Part shown: positions 41,001 to 50,013 of the stretch, piece by piece
Numbering within the stretch: position 1 is the first letter of the stretch
How the letters are laid out: each line of letters opens with the position of its first letter
Origin: Diadema antillarum
Taxonomy: Eukaryota
Length of the DNA: 64,000 bases
Assembly (NCBI RefSeq): GCF_040938485.1
Contig: NW_027270921.1
Location: 186,001-250,000 of the forward strand
Reading direction: 5' to 3'
The notes under the pieces: generated by a model
The model's input: only the letters and a program-made list of their open reading frames with translations
Database searches by the model: none
What the model was told of the DNA's origin: nothing
Made by a program: the position numbers and the translations under genes

Positions 41001-44000
41001 GAGATCTGTTTTTCATAAAGATGTTTGCAATTCTCGGTATCGCCAATACCTAGGTGCCATGCGCAGCGCAGCATTTTAGATGCATTATGGGATAGCTCAC
41101 GGGACAAACTTCCCCCGGTTTTTGGCTGCACATGCACTCAGATCATGCTCTGTCTTTATCCAGAGGTGTACTTTGCTGAAGATTTCTTCACTTTCCATCA
41201 TGTGACCAGCACATTGAAGCCTTGCAGTAGTGAACAATTACTCTATTGACCGCAAATAAGTAAAAACTTAGAAACTTTCAACTCTTTTAAGCTGAATTAT
41301 AGCCAAGAAAAAAAGAAGTAACAATGGAAAAGCAGACAAATAACTCCATTGAATCTATGGGAAACTGTGACTTGCGTGAGACAACTGGAAGCAAGCAAGG
41401 GCACTGAGGAATCTCACAGTGCATCTGTGACAGAGCTCTTCAGTGTGCGCAGAAATTTTCTGCGCATTGGCGATACCGGGAATTACTGTAAGCTGTAATA
41501 ACTGCAGTTTAACCATGGCAGCAGCCACAAAGCAGACCAATCACCTGGCAGTATTTAGGTTGTTGACATGACAACCTGCAGTTCTTGCAGCTTGCAATGA
41601 TTGGAAACCACCACAAGTTAATGGGCACCTGCTGTCTTGATTTAATGATTGCAGTCGAGAACAATTTTTGGCATTAGGGTAAATTCAAAAAATATATCTT
41701 TTATGACTGGGATAACTAACTTCCATTTGGATGATTGAGTCATAAAACTGCAACAGTGGCTGGCTAAGATGCACCATCTTGTCTCTGAATGAATTTTGGC
41801 AAAGCTCTTTTTTTGTGTGGTTGAATAGACATGGCTGCAGTTTTTTTTTTTTTATTGTGAAATATTTTGCTCTATACATATGCGACAGTGACAGTTATGT
41901 ATAATCATTTTACAGAACTGTCAAAGCAACTTTAAGCATAATACTGCGAATAATTCCTTTTGTCCCCACATGAAAAATAAGATGGAAATTACCTCACAAC
42001 TTTAAGCATAGCTTCTATTGCCTTGCATAACTGATATAACTATAACTGTTTGACATAACACGTCAAACTGCATTTACGGGCCATTGCAAACCATTGCAAA
42101 AAAAAGCCCAATATGCACTTTCATCGAACACAGGAGTCGTGAAATGTACAAAAAGCTCGTTTCTAACATCACGTTTTGCTGTGAGATTATATTGTGAATA
42201 GGATGCAAGCATTAAGGCTAATTAGAGCAAGTCTTTCTCTACTCATTATGGCAGGAATTTTCAGAAAGAAGAAATATGCATTCGGCTTTGAATAGTAAAC
42301 ATTGATCACTTGAAGAATGCAGCGCATCTTGGGTTGGTGAGTGATTTTTGTTTTTCTTGCAAAGAGACATGGCATCACAAATTTTTATGTGTTTTCCCCT
42401 TTATCAAACCTGACTAAAGTTTCCTAAATCTACTATGACTACAATATTCCGATAGTTAGTTTGTGAGTGTACTGGGTGGCGGCTTGCAAGGCAGTTGGAA
42501 GATTCTAGTTTTGCACTGAATCATTTCGAGGGTAGATTAGGACTTCAGAAAATGTAACAATTGATTTATTACCAGCCTAAATCCTAAATTGCATAAAAAG
42601 TGAGCATTCACTGTGCACTTCAGTAACTACAGTGACCATAGCAGCAATCAAAAAGACTCTGAACTGATTGGCCGCCACCTAGCTGTTGCCATGGAAACTG
42701 TCTTTACCTGCACCAACGTCAAATCGCAAGTGCGGTAAAGAGCTCGACGGATCTTATACCTAGATAATGACAGGAATGTGCGGTGACACATATTGCACAA
42801 ATTACGGGGAGACATTATTTGGAGGAGATTGACCGACAATAATTGCAGAAAATTGCTGAAATTGGCTAGGATGCTGAACAAGCAAGATCTGAAGGTCTTC
42901 ACACGAGAGATACAAAGATATCCTTCAGCTCACTGATGTTGAGAAAAGTTTTGCCACAAAAAGGGTCTTGATACTTTACTGCACATTTCGGGGCCCTTTG
43001 GACTACAAGATAATCTGTATGGTTTGCAATTTAAGTCAATTCTCTCTCCAATAACCCTAACACTTTGTGTGTCTTCACAATATATCTTTGCAACGGCTTC
43101 ACACTGTGAGCACACATGGCCAAGGCACGATAGAGGTTATTTCAGATTATTTGCATCAAAAGGCTCCTCTTCCATTATTTGTAACACATATTTGCACACT
43201 GTCATTCACGTGAATCCCTGTCATGACAGACCACCCCCCCCCCACCCCTTGAGGGCGCCAGAACGAACCTGTGCTTTATTGCATGTAGCATGTTGGTCCG
43301 ATGAGGCGTTCGTGGAGACTTGGGCTGAAGCATTTTTACCTACGAAGCAGCAAACAAGAAACAAAGAGGAAAGATATAAAGGAGCGGCAAGCATCATACA
43401 CAATTTATTGAGGTTTGCTTTAAATGTTCATAAACCATATTCATGGCTAATATTCAGTCCACGGACTATAACATGCTCGATATAGGCATGCTTTCCACAT
43501 ATCAGCTATATTCATTATTGAATGTCAGTTGCCACATACTGGGTTCCACTATGTGCATTTATGCAGTCAAAATTTGTGCAACCCATGGACTAAATTTAAA
43601 CTACCTTGGTGAATTCTGGCTGAAAATGTTACAAGAACTTGAATTTGACTCCAGGTTACACACTATATCTTCTTTTTTTTAATTTCATCACATTTCTACT
43701 TTTGTAAGTGAGCATTTCCAATGGAAAGGAATGTCATAAACATTCAGCATTTCTTAAGGGCAGCTTTTCTACAGAATAATCATTGCCTATATTTACCACC
43801 ATCTACATTTCCATGACCCTTCAAAGGTTACCTCATAAAAACTCATCAAGCTCTGTTCAAAAACATGCCAGTACATTTGCAGCATGTTTATTCATTCATG
43901 TACTTATCTGTTTATTTGACAGGCATGCACGTATGTCTTACGCATATACATGTAAATAAAGAAACTCAGGACGAGTACAACTCAAGTACTCTATTCGTGA

Positions 44001-47000
44001 TCCTTAGATCAATACACATTATTTTGATGAGTTTACACTACTACTGTAAAACCAATAAACCAGAAATTTTTGCATGCATGAAACCTTTACAAATTATCTA
44101 CGAGGACCCAAGACTCACCACCTCCCCCCCCCCCCCCCCAAAAAAAATGCAAACAACAGTTTTCATGTTGCGAAAAAGGCCTTTGGCTCCAACTTGCAAA
44201 AAATTTCATGTGACAAATGTTTCTTGCTTGACAATACAAGAATATGTCAAGACTAAGTTGCATCATGGAGATTGCACTGTCTTTGACTAACACCCCCGTT
44301 TATACTACGGAAAAAGGGGGTTTCTGAAGCCTCCTATAGCAGCCTCGAGCAGCCTTTCATCTCAGTATAAACAGACAGAATTCAGAAAAGGAGATCCCAT
44401 CAGGTCAGGTTCTGAAACCACCTACAGGGGCTGGTTTCAGAGGCTGCTATAGCAGCCTTTGCTGTAGTATAAACGCTAGGGGGTTCGAGAAGCTGCTTTT
44501 TGGCTGACCCGGAGGTAATTGCTGAAGGTCATCGCCTGCCTTACATAAGCAACTCAGCTGTCTCGACCAATCCCCGCTGAAGAAAGCCTTTCAACTTGCA
44601 CACTTTCACTCAAAAGCCTGCGCCATGTATCAAAGGGGAGGAGCAGGTTGGGCCTGCTAGGGCCTGCTAAGGTATGCTTTTGGAGAGCAGTATAAACAGA
44701 CAAGAGGCTGATTTTTAGAGTGGGCTTTCGAATCTCCTTGAGGAGGCTTTGAAACCCGCTAGCAGTATAAGCGGGGTAGATGTTGCCACCACACTAACTT
44801 CTCTGATTCGAGTCAATGTCCGTTAATGCTCCCATGGATGCGGTTATTGAAGTGACGTTCCTCGACGGTGAAGGGAGATTCGAACTGCGGTCGTCGGAGT
44901 AGCGGCGTAGTCCTGGGTCGCGACCTCTGTGTGGCAGTCTACTTAATCTGTGGCCCGTCAAAAAAGAAATCAAAAGGAGATGTGAGAAAGAGAAGTGATG
45001 CTTCTGCACGAAAACATATCACCGATGGAGTGGAGTAAGTGGTAAGAAGTACTGTATACCTTTTTCAATATCACTGCCCGCATCTTCTGGTGTGCATACT
45101 AAATCAACTACTGGGAAGGTAAAGAAAAATATTCTGTAGGAATCATTCTGGTAGAGCACGACCCAAAAGATTCAGCATATGTCTGATAACACTTCTCTTT
45201 CTTATTCTCGGCATTGACACCTGAATTAATGATGCTTGCACATTACACAAGTATGTTTATCTGAGGAAGAGAGGTTTGCGGTTTAAACCGTGTGTATCCG
45301 TTAAAGCCAAAACATAGTTCTGGTACGCCTGCAAAAGTTGTCAAATTTCACTCCCAAATGTGTACGTATGCCTGAGAAATGTGTGGAATAATGCCCTCCC
45401 ACTGTCTTTGAAGTTGTCGTTGCTGTATATCAAGCGTCTTTGATTGTCTTTTCAGTATGGCGATCACAAACTGCGTGTAAATTGTCTGAAATAGGGCTGA
45501 GTTTTCCCTGAGACCGAGTTAGTCTGGATCCTTCTGGAATAAAAGTTAGTAAACTGACTATTATTTTTTATCTCGAAATACTCCAAAACGACTCATCATC
45601 CCAGCAATTCGCGTCAGCCAGATAAGTTTCTTGGTAGACTCTTTCGATATATTGCAAGCAAATATGAAATGGTGCTAGACGGGTTTTCAAACCCGTACCA
45701 AAACTATGTTTTCACTTTAAGGACGGTTGTTTGGTGAATGAACTTAATAAGAGGAGAGTGGAGGAGGGAAGTGACATAGGAAAAGTGTAAGGAAGGCATA
45801 CAGTGACAGCCGACAGGCATCTCTATGGAGATATGCATTCATCAATTCTCTGTCATCTATATAGAAATACATTATGTAAACTGGTGAAAAATACAAAGGG
45901 CTATGGCAACCTACGTAGCTGATTCGCCTGGATTGGGTCGAAGTGTTAGGGAGTCCGCCGCCGATATCCACGGTCCAGAGTGTTGGACCGGCAGGGGCAG
46001 GTTGTTGAGCTTCTTGTTGGGTGGGGGCGTGCCCTTTGGCCGCACCCTCTTGGAGGTGGGGGTGTGTGGGGGCGTGGGCATGGGGATGATGGGGAAGACC
46101 TGCTGGTCGGGTGGGGGCGTGGTGACGGGCACCGCCGCAGCGGTGGCATCCCAGGACGTCTCCGAGTTGACGGAGCTGATGGAGGGGCGCTTCTGCTCCG
46201 GACTGCTGCTCTCTGAGATGGTGGAGTTTGATGGGGAGCCCCCCTGGACCTCCGGCGGCCCGGTGGTCTCCGTCGCTGGCAGCTCTGCCCTGGACACCTC
46301 GGTCCTCAGTGGCTCCACCCTTGGCGCCTCTCCTGCCTGGTCTGTTGGACTCGTCACGCCATCCTCCTGGGCCCTTTCCTTGGCTGCACAGCGACAGGAA
46401 ACATGCATACCCAACATGCAAGATTACTCAGTGGTGAATGTAAAGATACAACAATTGCAGAGCGTAACCAGAAGGAGAAAGATTTTACTCCACAAATTCA
46501 TTGACTTCATCAATGCATTCAGAGCAGCTCTCACTAAGAGATGCACTGGACTTGAATTGTTCATGTTAAACTTGATATTCTGCTGACATATTTGGAATTT
46601 ATAAGTGCATGTGAACAACGAAAAATGCACTGAACTAAATACAAATCTTTTCACAGGGACTGGCAAAAGTTTTGTATTACATGTATATGTAATATCTAGG
46701 TTTCCTTATGATAAATTGAAAATGTATGCTTCAATGACATTTCACCACTCACACAATTGCTCTGTCAATCACAAAAAAAGCGTCTCTTGGCCAGCCGACA
46801 TTCACATATCAAAATCGGGGAGCTTCCAATGGCCAATCAGGGAGGTTCTCAAGCATTTCATGCATTTTAGCAGGCAATAAGATCTCCCACATCAGAGAGG
46901 CTTTCATCTTCCAATGTCAGGACAAAGAGAGAGGCTTTTATATAGAATACTGTATAAGCTGTTATTTTCGTAAGGGCTTAATTTTCGCGAATTTCACGAA

Positions 47001-49150
47001 TCACAGTTGGATCGCGAATTTAACATCATGCGAAAATGTCTCCTTATGCTAGGGCAATAGCACATTTACCCATAGCAACCTGCGTTAATTCGCAAAAACA
47101 TCTTGCGAAAATGTCTATGACCTCTCCATTTGCGAAAATATCTGCACGCAAAAATAACAGCATATACAGTACCCTTGCCAAGACCAGTAAGTATTTAAGG
47201 ACGTTCCTCAGTTGAGTTTGTGCGCATCCTAGCTGCGCAGGTTGGCAGTGACGTAACAAAGAGCGTAGAAGCGCACACACGAGTGATGAGCTGAGCTAGC
47301 TGAGCTGAGCAGCTGCTACTGTAGTAATTCGAGCTAGAGTGTGGTACGTTCGGATACCCGACGGCTCCCCACCGCGGCCGCGCTGGGCGGCCTCGCTCGG
47401 CTCGCGTGCCGACTGTACGCGTTACAATCTGTACGTACTACGCAAAGTTCAGTGGTCCGAGCCGCATACTGTAAAACGAGGAATGTTCGCATGCATTTTA
47501 ATTTCGCGAATTTCGCGAGTGCCAAGATTCGCGAAATTAAAATGCACGCGAAATTTCTTGTCTACACTATATGCATTGAACGCCAGTGACAAATCGCGAA
47601 AATTTCATGCCACGAAAAAGGCCGTCGGCTCCAATTCGCGAAAATTTTGTGCCGCGAATATATCATGTTTTACAGTATACATGGTCATGGTAGCACAACA
47701 CTGATCGACGGAATCAGGAAGCTTGGAAGTGGAACCGAGCTGTTTCCATTTTCAATCCATAGATCTGTTTTGTGACGTGCAGTTCATTATCTGTTCATTA
47801 ACATGGTCAAATCGAGTGCTAAGGTACCTAGGGCCTATAGGCCCTAATCGGGGACTACTAGTCTACTAAACTAGGTGTTAAACAACAACAACAACAACAA
47901 AAACCCAACAAAACAACAACAAAACAAACATATGATGCAAATTTCATCTTTAGGTCTAACAACTAAATCAATCTGAATATCTCTGTTAAAATTTAAATGA
48001 GATCTTAACTTGTCATTACTAGTACAAAATATTGTGTTTTTTTTTTTAATTTTTGGTTACAAAATATTAAGGTCACGAAAGTATTACCAAATATGTATTT
48101 ATCACTTTCACCATTCAGATATTAATTTTTGATTACCAAATCTGGTGTAACAAAAGGAGAATCAAAGATTTTAATTTTTTTCCGGGGGGGTACTCACGGT
48201 ACATATCCATAGTTCACAACACGCACTTTACCAACCACTGCAACAACCAACACATAACACATGCAATCTACAATCAACATCATTATATTAAGATTTGTTT
48301 TTCCTTTGGAGGACCGTCAGACTAATGTCGCATGGGGGCGCTGCTAGCACAAAAACGAGCACATGAACCCTCACTTTTTATTGTTTTTCTGGAATTAGTA
48401 AGCCTCCTTCTACAATTTGGTCAAGTTTCGTAAAAATGACATGGGTTTTGAATGTACTTTTATGAACCATGTCCTTTTGCTCACCCCTAACAGAAAATGT
48501 CGATGAGAAGGATTTGAGAGATTTCGGTGTTTTCTGCCGCGTGAGGGCACTGCTTGCTCAAGAATGAGAGTGTAAACCCTAACTTTAAAACCTCATCCTC
48601 GTTTTGGGTACCCTTTTCTGCAATTCTTGGAAATTTGGAGAAAATAACGTGGATTTTGAAAGAATTATGGGGATTTAAGTTTGTCATTGCAGATTTTGTT
48701 GCCAATCATGGTCTTGATCCTGTAACGCTATCATTTTGGTACAGGACGGTAGATTAGTCATATTCTTCAAAGTCCCGTAGAAGAAAAACAAGCACATGAA
48801 CCTATGGTTTTATTTACATATTTGGGCTTCGGATGGGTCAAAGTTACGGTATGGAAAGTTTGAAGAAAATGACATGGACTTCAATTTATCTGAGGAATGT
48901 CCTTAAGGGAGCATTTTGCAGTATCAAGGAGACTTTCTACTCTTTTTTCTTCTGATGAGATTCCCGCCACCCGTGCCTAAAATGGAGACTGACCTCTTGA
49001 GCTGTTGTAGACCTTGCAGAGGTTCTTGAGAGACTCCCAGTGTCTGGCGATCTCCTTCTCCCCGCAGCCACAGCTCCTCATCGCCGACCTCACCTCCGAC
49101 TCCACCATCTTCATCGCGGTGCCCAGGCTCTTCAGCCGAACCAGCAGCAT
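14193..49150 (-). CDS. ksr: Kinase suppressor of Ras (KSR1/2-like), spliced gene model, 5'-partial, 18 coding exons visible
   Basis: Exons joined by GT-AG sites in consistent phase (one exception, see findings). They give KSR hallmarks: C1 domain, [66 protein letters not shown]. Family assignment is from recognition of these motifs. Confidence 0.96.
15412..15541 (-). CDS. ksr: KSR exon, kinase C-lobe
   Basis: ccgtag|G...GTCAAA|gtatgt; [43 protein letters not shown]; phase 2 to 0. Confidence 0.96.
15951..16495. mobile_element. Kolobok-like foldback element with long TIRs
   Basis: ttaaagggaatttccatc ... gatggaatctccctttaa; the internal gatctaggtgttgagc / gctcaacacctagatc is a perfect inverted match. 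Confidence 0.8.
16528..16668 (-). CDS. ksr: KSR exon, activation segment end, APE and alphaF
   Basis: acccag|G...TTTGG|gtgaga; [46 protein letters not shown]; phase 2 to 2. Missed by the ORF track. Confidence 0.96.
16909..17012. repeat. 52-bp tandem duplication (2 copies, 1 mismatch)
   Basis: ggaagtaaccacactgtgccagctctacttcagagcacacag(c/t)aatggacaa twice. Confidence 0.95.
17105..17356. mobile_element. Short Helentron-associated (HINE-like) element
   Basis: GACG/GACA microsatellite followed by aacataatgcct...aggcataaaa terminal palindrome; contains the tttgacctt motif seen in the larger element at 36957-38148. Confidence 0.65.
17406..17539 (-). CDS. ksr: KSR exon, catalytic loop and DFx motif
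   Basis: ccacag|GGT...AAGAC|gtaagt; [44 protein letters not shown]; phase 0 to 2. Confidence 0.96.
18460..18556 (-). CDS. ksr: KSR exon, kinase hinge to alphaE
   Basis: ctctcag|T...GCTCAG|gtaaga; [32 protein letters not shown]; phase 2 to 0. Confidence 0.95.
19783..20073. other. Assembly gap (N run) that removes the end of a KSR exon
   Basis: Ns abut coding sequence at 20074. Confidence 1.
20074..20156 (-). CDS. ksr: KSR exon with the RKTR dimer-interface motif; 3' end lost in the N gap
   Basis: ctgcag|GTT; [27 protein letters not shown] then runs into Ns at 20073. Confidence 0.94.
21009..21093 (-). CDS. ksr: KSR exon, kinase beta3 to alphaC
   Basis: atacag|G...GAGAG|gtgaga; [28 protein letters not shown]; phase 2 to 0. 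Confidence 0.96.
21303..21548. mobile_element. TA-flanked Tc1/mariner MITE, TCGCGA-rich family
   Basis: tactgtatacgcc ... ggcatatacagta TIRs; repeated ttcgcga motifs. Confidence 0.8.
22098..22229. repeat. (AATATCC)n heptamer repeat
   Basis: Direct reading. Confidence 0.95.
22369..22457 (-). CDS. ksr: KSR exon, kinase N-terminal segment and P-loop
   Basis: ttttcag|CAA...CACAA|gtgagt; [29 protein letters not shown](K); phase 0 to 2. Missed by the ORF track. Confidence 0.95.
22481..22613. other. Assembly gap (N run)
   Basis: Ns. Confidence 1.
22625..22951. mobile_element. MITE with about 100-bp inverted arms
   Basis: aacataggtaaagagttctctaaacac...gatggctaattgg is mirrored by ccaattagccatt...gtttagagaactctttacctatgtt. 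Confidence 0.8.
23324..23935. mobile_element. Kolobok-like foldback element with TTAA at both ends
   Basis: ttaaagaggaaatccagt ... actggatttcccccttaa; inverted similarity continues for more than 100 bp. Confidence 0.82.
24118..24216 (-). CDS. ksr: KSR exon, linker before the kinase domain
   Basis: ctacag|CCA...TATAGT|gtaagt; [33 protein letters not shown]; phase 0 to 0. Confidence 0.85.
24390..24604. mobile_element. Partial inverted copy of the Kolobok-like element at 50014-50374
   Basis: aaatcactgctcccaatggtaaacaagacctttaa is close to the reverse complement of ttaaaggtgctgtttaccattgggagcagtgattt; similarity runs about 200 bp. Confidence 0.78.
24871..25660. repeat. Degenerate 10-11-mer minisatellite (GAGACCACTG/A)
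   Basis: Dozens of tandem ggagaccact, gagaccaatg and aagaccacta variants. Confidence 0.93.
25704..25897. mobile_element. Degenerate Tigger-like MITE
   Basis: Ends aggtttgactgta; internal ggccactatagacagg motif, with remnants also near 49270-49470 and 49735-49770. Confidence 0.55.
25929..25992 (-). CDS. ksr: KSR exon, linker
   Basis: ctgcag|T...CATGAT|gtgagt; [21 protein letters not shown]; phase 2 to 0, exactly bridging its neighbours. Confidence 0.85.
26379..26604 (-). CDS. ksr: KSR exon, CA4 Ser/Thr-rich region with FxFP ERK-docking motif
   Basis: gggcag|CT...AAGAA|gtgagt; contains [19 protein letters not shown] and QFKFP; phase 1 to 2. Confidence 0.94.
28731..29788 (+). mobile_element. 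Internally deleted Tc1-family transposon with about 210-bp TIRs
   Basis: ctcagcaaaaaaagtaagttccccc ... gggggaacttactttttttgctgag, embedded in (TA)n; retains the C-terminal transposase fragment. Confidence 0.9.
29228..29524 (+). pseudogene. Tc1 DDE transposase C-terminal remnant
   Basis: [17 protein letters not shown] matches the Tc1 WPxxSPDLNPIENLW motif; LVDSMRRR...GG matches the Tc1 C-terminus; the N-terminal domains are absent. Confidence 0.88.
30941..31136. mobile_element. TA-flanked MITE, TCGCGA-rich family
   Basis: Perfect 15-bp TIR tactgtaaaagtgga / tccacttttacagta. Confidence 0.82.
31986..32027. repeat. (CA)n microsatellite; others at about 28497-28530 (CA), 9577-9606 and 11143-11182 (GA), 9317-9365 (AAAC), 13750-13786 (GGGTGT), 32447-32486 (TAAT)
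   Basis: Direct reading. Confidence 0.95.
32499..32696. other. Assembly gap (N run)
   Basis: Ns; preceded by (TAAT)n. Confidence 1.
33496..33945. mobile_element. Tc1/mariner-type MITE
   Basis: tacagtatgtctcaaaaaaaaaattacaac ... gttgtaattctttttgggacacacggta. Confidence 0.8.
34076..34111 (-). CDS. ksr: KSR small symmetric exon (36 nt)
   Basis: Long pyrimidine tract, aaacag|GT...CAAG|gtagag; (G)[11 protein letters not shown]; phase 1 to 1. Not required to keep the frame. Confidence 0.65.
35515..35600 (+). mobile_element. Possible decayed L2/CR1-clade LINE fragment
   Basis: Translation NLGVLLD then (frameshift) QHNLHRKAA resembles the post-RT NLGVxFDxxL...HI...KA segment; short and interrupted by stops. 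Confidence 0.33.
36431..36531 (-). CDS. ksr: KSR exon, C1 domain second half
   Basis: tcacag|G...AGCG|gtgagt; [33 protein letters not shown]; phase 2 to 1. Confidence 0.93.
36957..38148 (-). mobile_element. HINE / Tsp-Pearl-like modular element with a 157-bp core array
   Basis: On the minus strand: T-run, ttgtcgagcccac/gtggggagactaa imperfect inverted pair, (CCGT/CTGT)n microsatellite, about 5.5 cores, then ggcgagaca, a ggcacttgcc hairpin and a cttgt end. Confidence 0.75.
37095..37957. repeat. Tandem array of a 156-159-bp unit, 5 full copies plus a partial
   Basis: Units start at 37095, 37252, 37411, 37568, 37725 and 37881 (g[t/c]gccataaaa...). Confidence 0.97.
39197..39286 (-). CDS. ksr: KSR exon, C1 domain first half
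   Basis: catag|G...TGCAA|gtaaag; [29 protein letters not shown](K); phase 2 to 2. Confidence 0.93.
41022..41490. mobile_element. Old TA-type MITE, degenerate
   Basis: gcaattctcggtatcgccaat (41027-41047) is inverted at attggcgataccgggaattac (41466-41486), followed by tgta. Confidence 0.5.
43269..43339 (-). CDS. ksr: KSR exon leading into the C1 domain
   Basis: Strong polypyrimidine tract, cgtag|GTAAAAATG...CACAG|gttcgt; [23 protein letters not shown](R) supplies the first Zn-ligand His; phase-2 end matches the next exon. Confidence 0.85.
44292..44777. mobile_element. MITE with accccg(t/c)ttatact TIRs
   Basis: acccccgtttatact ... agtataagcggggt; the internal motif cagtataaac recurs several times. 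Confidence 0.6.
44799..44947 (-). CDS. ksr: KSR exon, linker between CA2 and C1
   Basis: ccacag|A...AGAA|gttagt; phase 2 to 1; [49 protein letters not shown] is the only open frame from this acceptor. Confidence 0.7.
45301..45720. mobile_element. Kolobok-like non-autonomous element with TTAA at both ends
   Basis: ttaaagccaaaacatagttctggtacg ... cgtaccaaaactatgttttcactttaa (27 bp, 3 mismatches). Confidence 0.8.
45915..46383 (-). CDS. ksr: KSR exon, Pro/Ser-rich region with CA2
   Basis: gtgcag|CC...GCTAC|gtaggt; phase 1 to 2; 469 nt, GC-rich, contains PTPPHTP and KGTPPP. Confidence 0.88.
46948..47171. mobile_element. TA-flanked MITE, TCGCGA-rich family
   Basis: tactgtataagctgttattt / aaataacagcatatacagta TIRs (19/20). 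Confidence 0.82.
47195..48906. mobile_element. 1.7-kb Kolobok-like non-autonomous element with a nested MITE
   Basis: ttaaggacgttcctcag ... ctgaggaatgtccttaa (16/17); no transposase-like ORF seen. Confidence 0.75.
47467..47677. mobile_element. TCGCGA-rich MITE nested inside 47195-48906
   Basis: tactgtaaaac ... gttttacagta with TA at both ends. Confidence 0.82.
48994..49150 (-). CDS. ksr: KSR exon, C-terminal part of CC-SAM (CA1 region)
   Basis: ttccag|ATG...AGAG|gtcagt; phase 0 to 1; [52 protein letters not shown] resembles the KSR SAM helices. Confidence 0.8.
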
Positions 49151-50013
49151 CTGGAATGGATGGACGCATGGGAGGAAATTGTTGAAAAAATAATACATCA
49201 AATCGAGAGTGTCACATTCACATGTAACATGTGACACACGTAATTGTCATGACTGCGAATCATAGCAACCGTTTGAGAGAAACATAGTAGAGGTCACTGA
49301 GGCCACTACAGACAGTTGGCCACTAGAGACAGGACTGCATCGAAAGCATCAGCACTCTAACCATTACAATCATCACATCTGCATCACACATGTATGTGCG
49401 TATAGCAGCTGTTTGGGGAAACAAAAATTATGACCTTCGTAGAGAAGTGGCCACTACAGACAGACTCTTGTTGAAAGGACCATTCCAGATCATTCTTACT
49501 GGCAAAACAGTGAAAATTTTGATCAAATTCAGAAACAAATTTGAGAAGTTATGAAATTCTTGTTCTTGAACAGCTGACCTGAATATATATCCCGAGTATT
49601 AAAGTTGATGAAGTCTTTACCTAACATTTTTTCATAGATCGTTTCAATGCAAAAATTCTTCTTTTTTTTTCTAGCACAGTCATATAAGCATATCATGGCC
49701 ACTATTGAAGGGTAATGAGAAGAATGGCCTTCATAGACAGGTGGCCACTATGACAGAATAGACTGAAACCACATATCATCAGTATTTAATAACCACCTCA
49801 GACCTGTCTGCTATAAACATATGAATGCAAAGGGTCTTTGATACACTTTACTAATCACCATACCTCAAAACTAACACATTTTTGCTTTCTTCTTCAAATC
49901 CCGGCCGACATTTCAATAATTGCCCCTTGAGACAGAAGGATGTTTCTTGAGATTTTGGAATCACCGGCATAGAGAAGAGTATCAAGGTAACTCAGTACGT
50001 CAGCAGATGGGGC

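Noticed and set aside
45060-45110. 51-nt exon-like segment (cccag|...AAAAG|gtatac)
   Set aside because: Open only in phase 1, while the flanking exons are phase 2; inclusion gives an immediate stop and the donor is weak.
45903-46586. 227-aa plus-strand ORF (also 26217-26621 and 45744-46421)
   Set aside because: Antisense or alternate-frame shadows of GC-rich KSR exons.
14193-49150. Assignment as the kinase-defective KSR3 paralogue of non-chordates
   Set aside because: The canonical P-loop, beta3 Lys, alphaC Glu, HKD Asp and full CC-SAM/C1/CA4 architecture favour a KSR1/2-type gene. A phylogeny would be needed to settle it.
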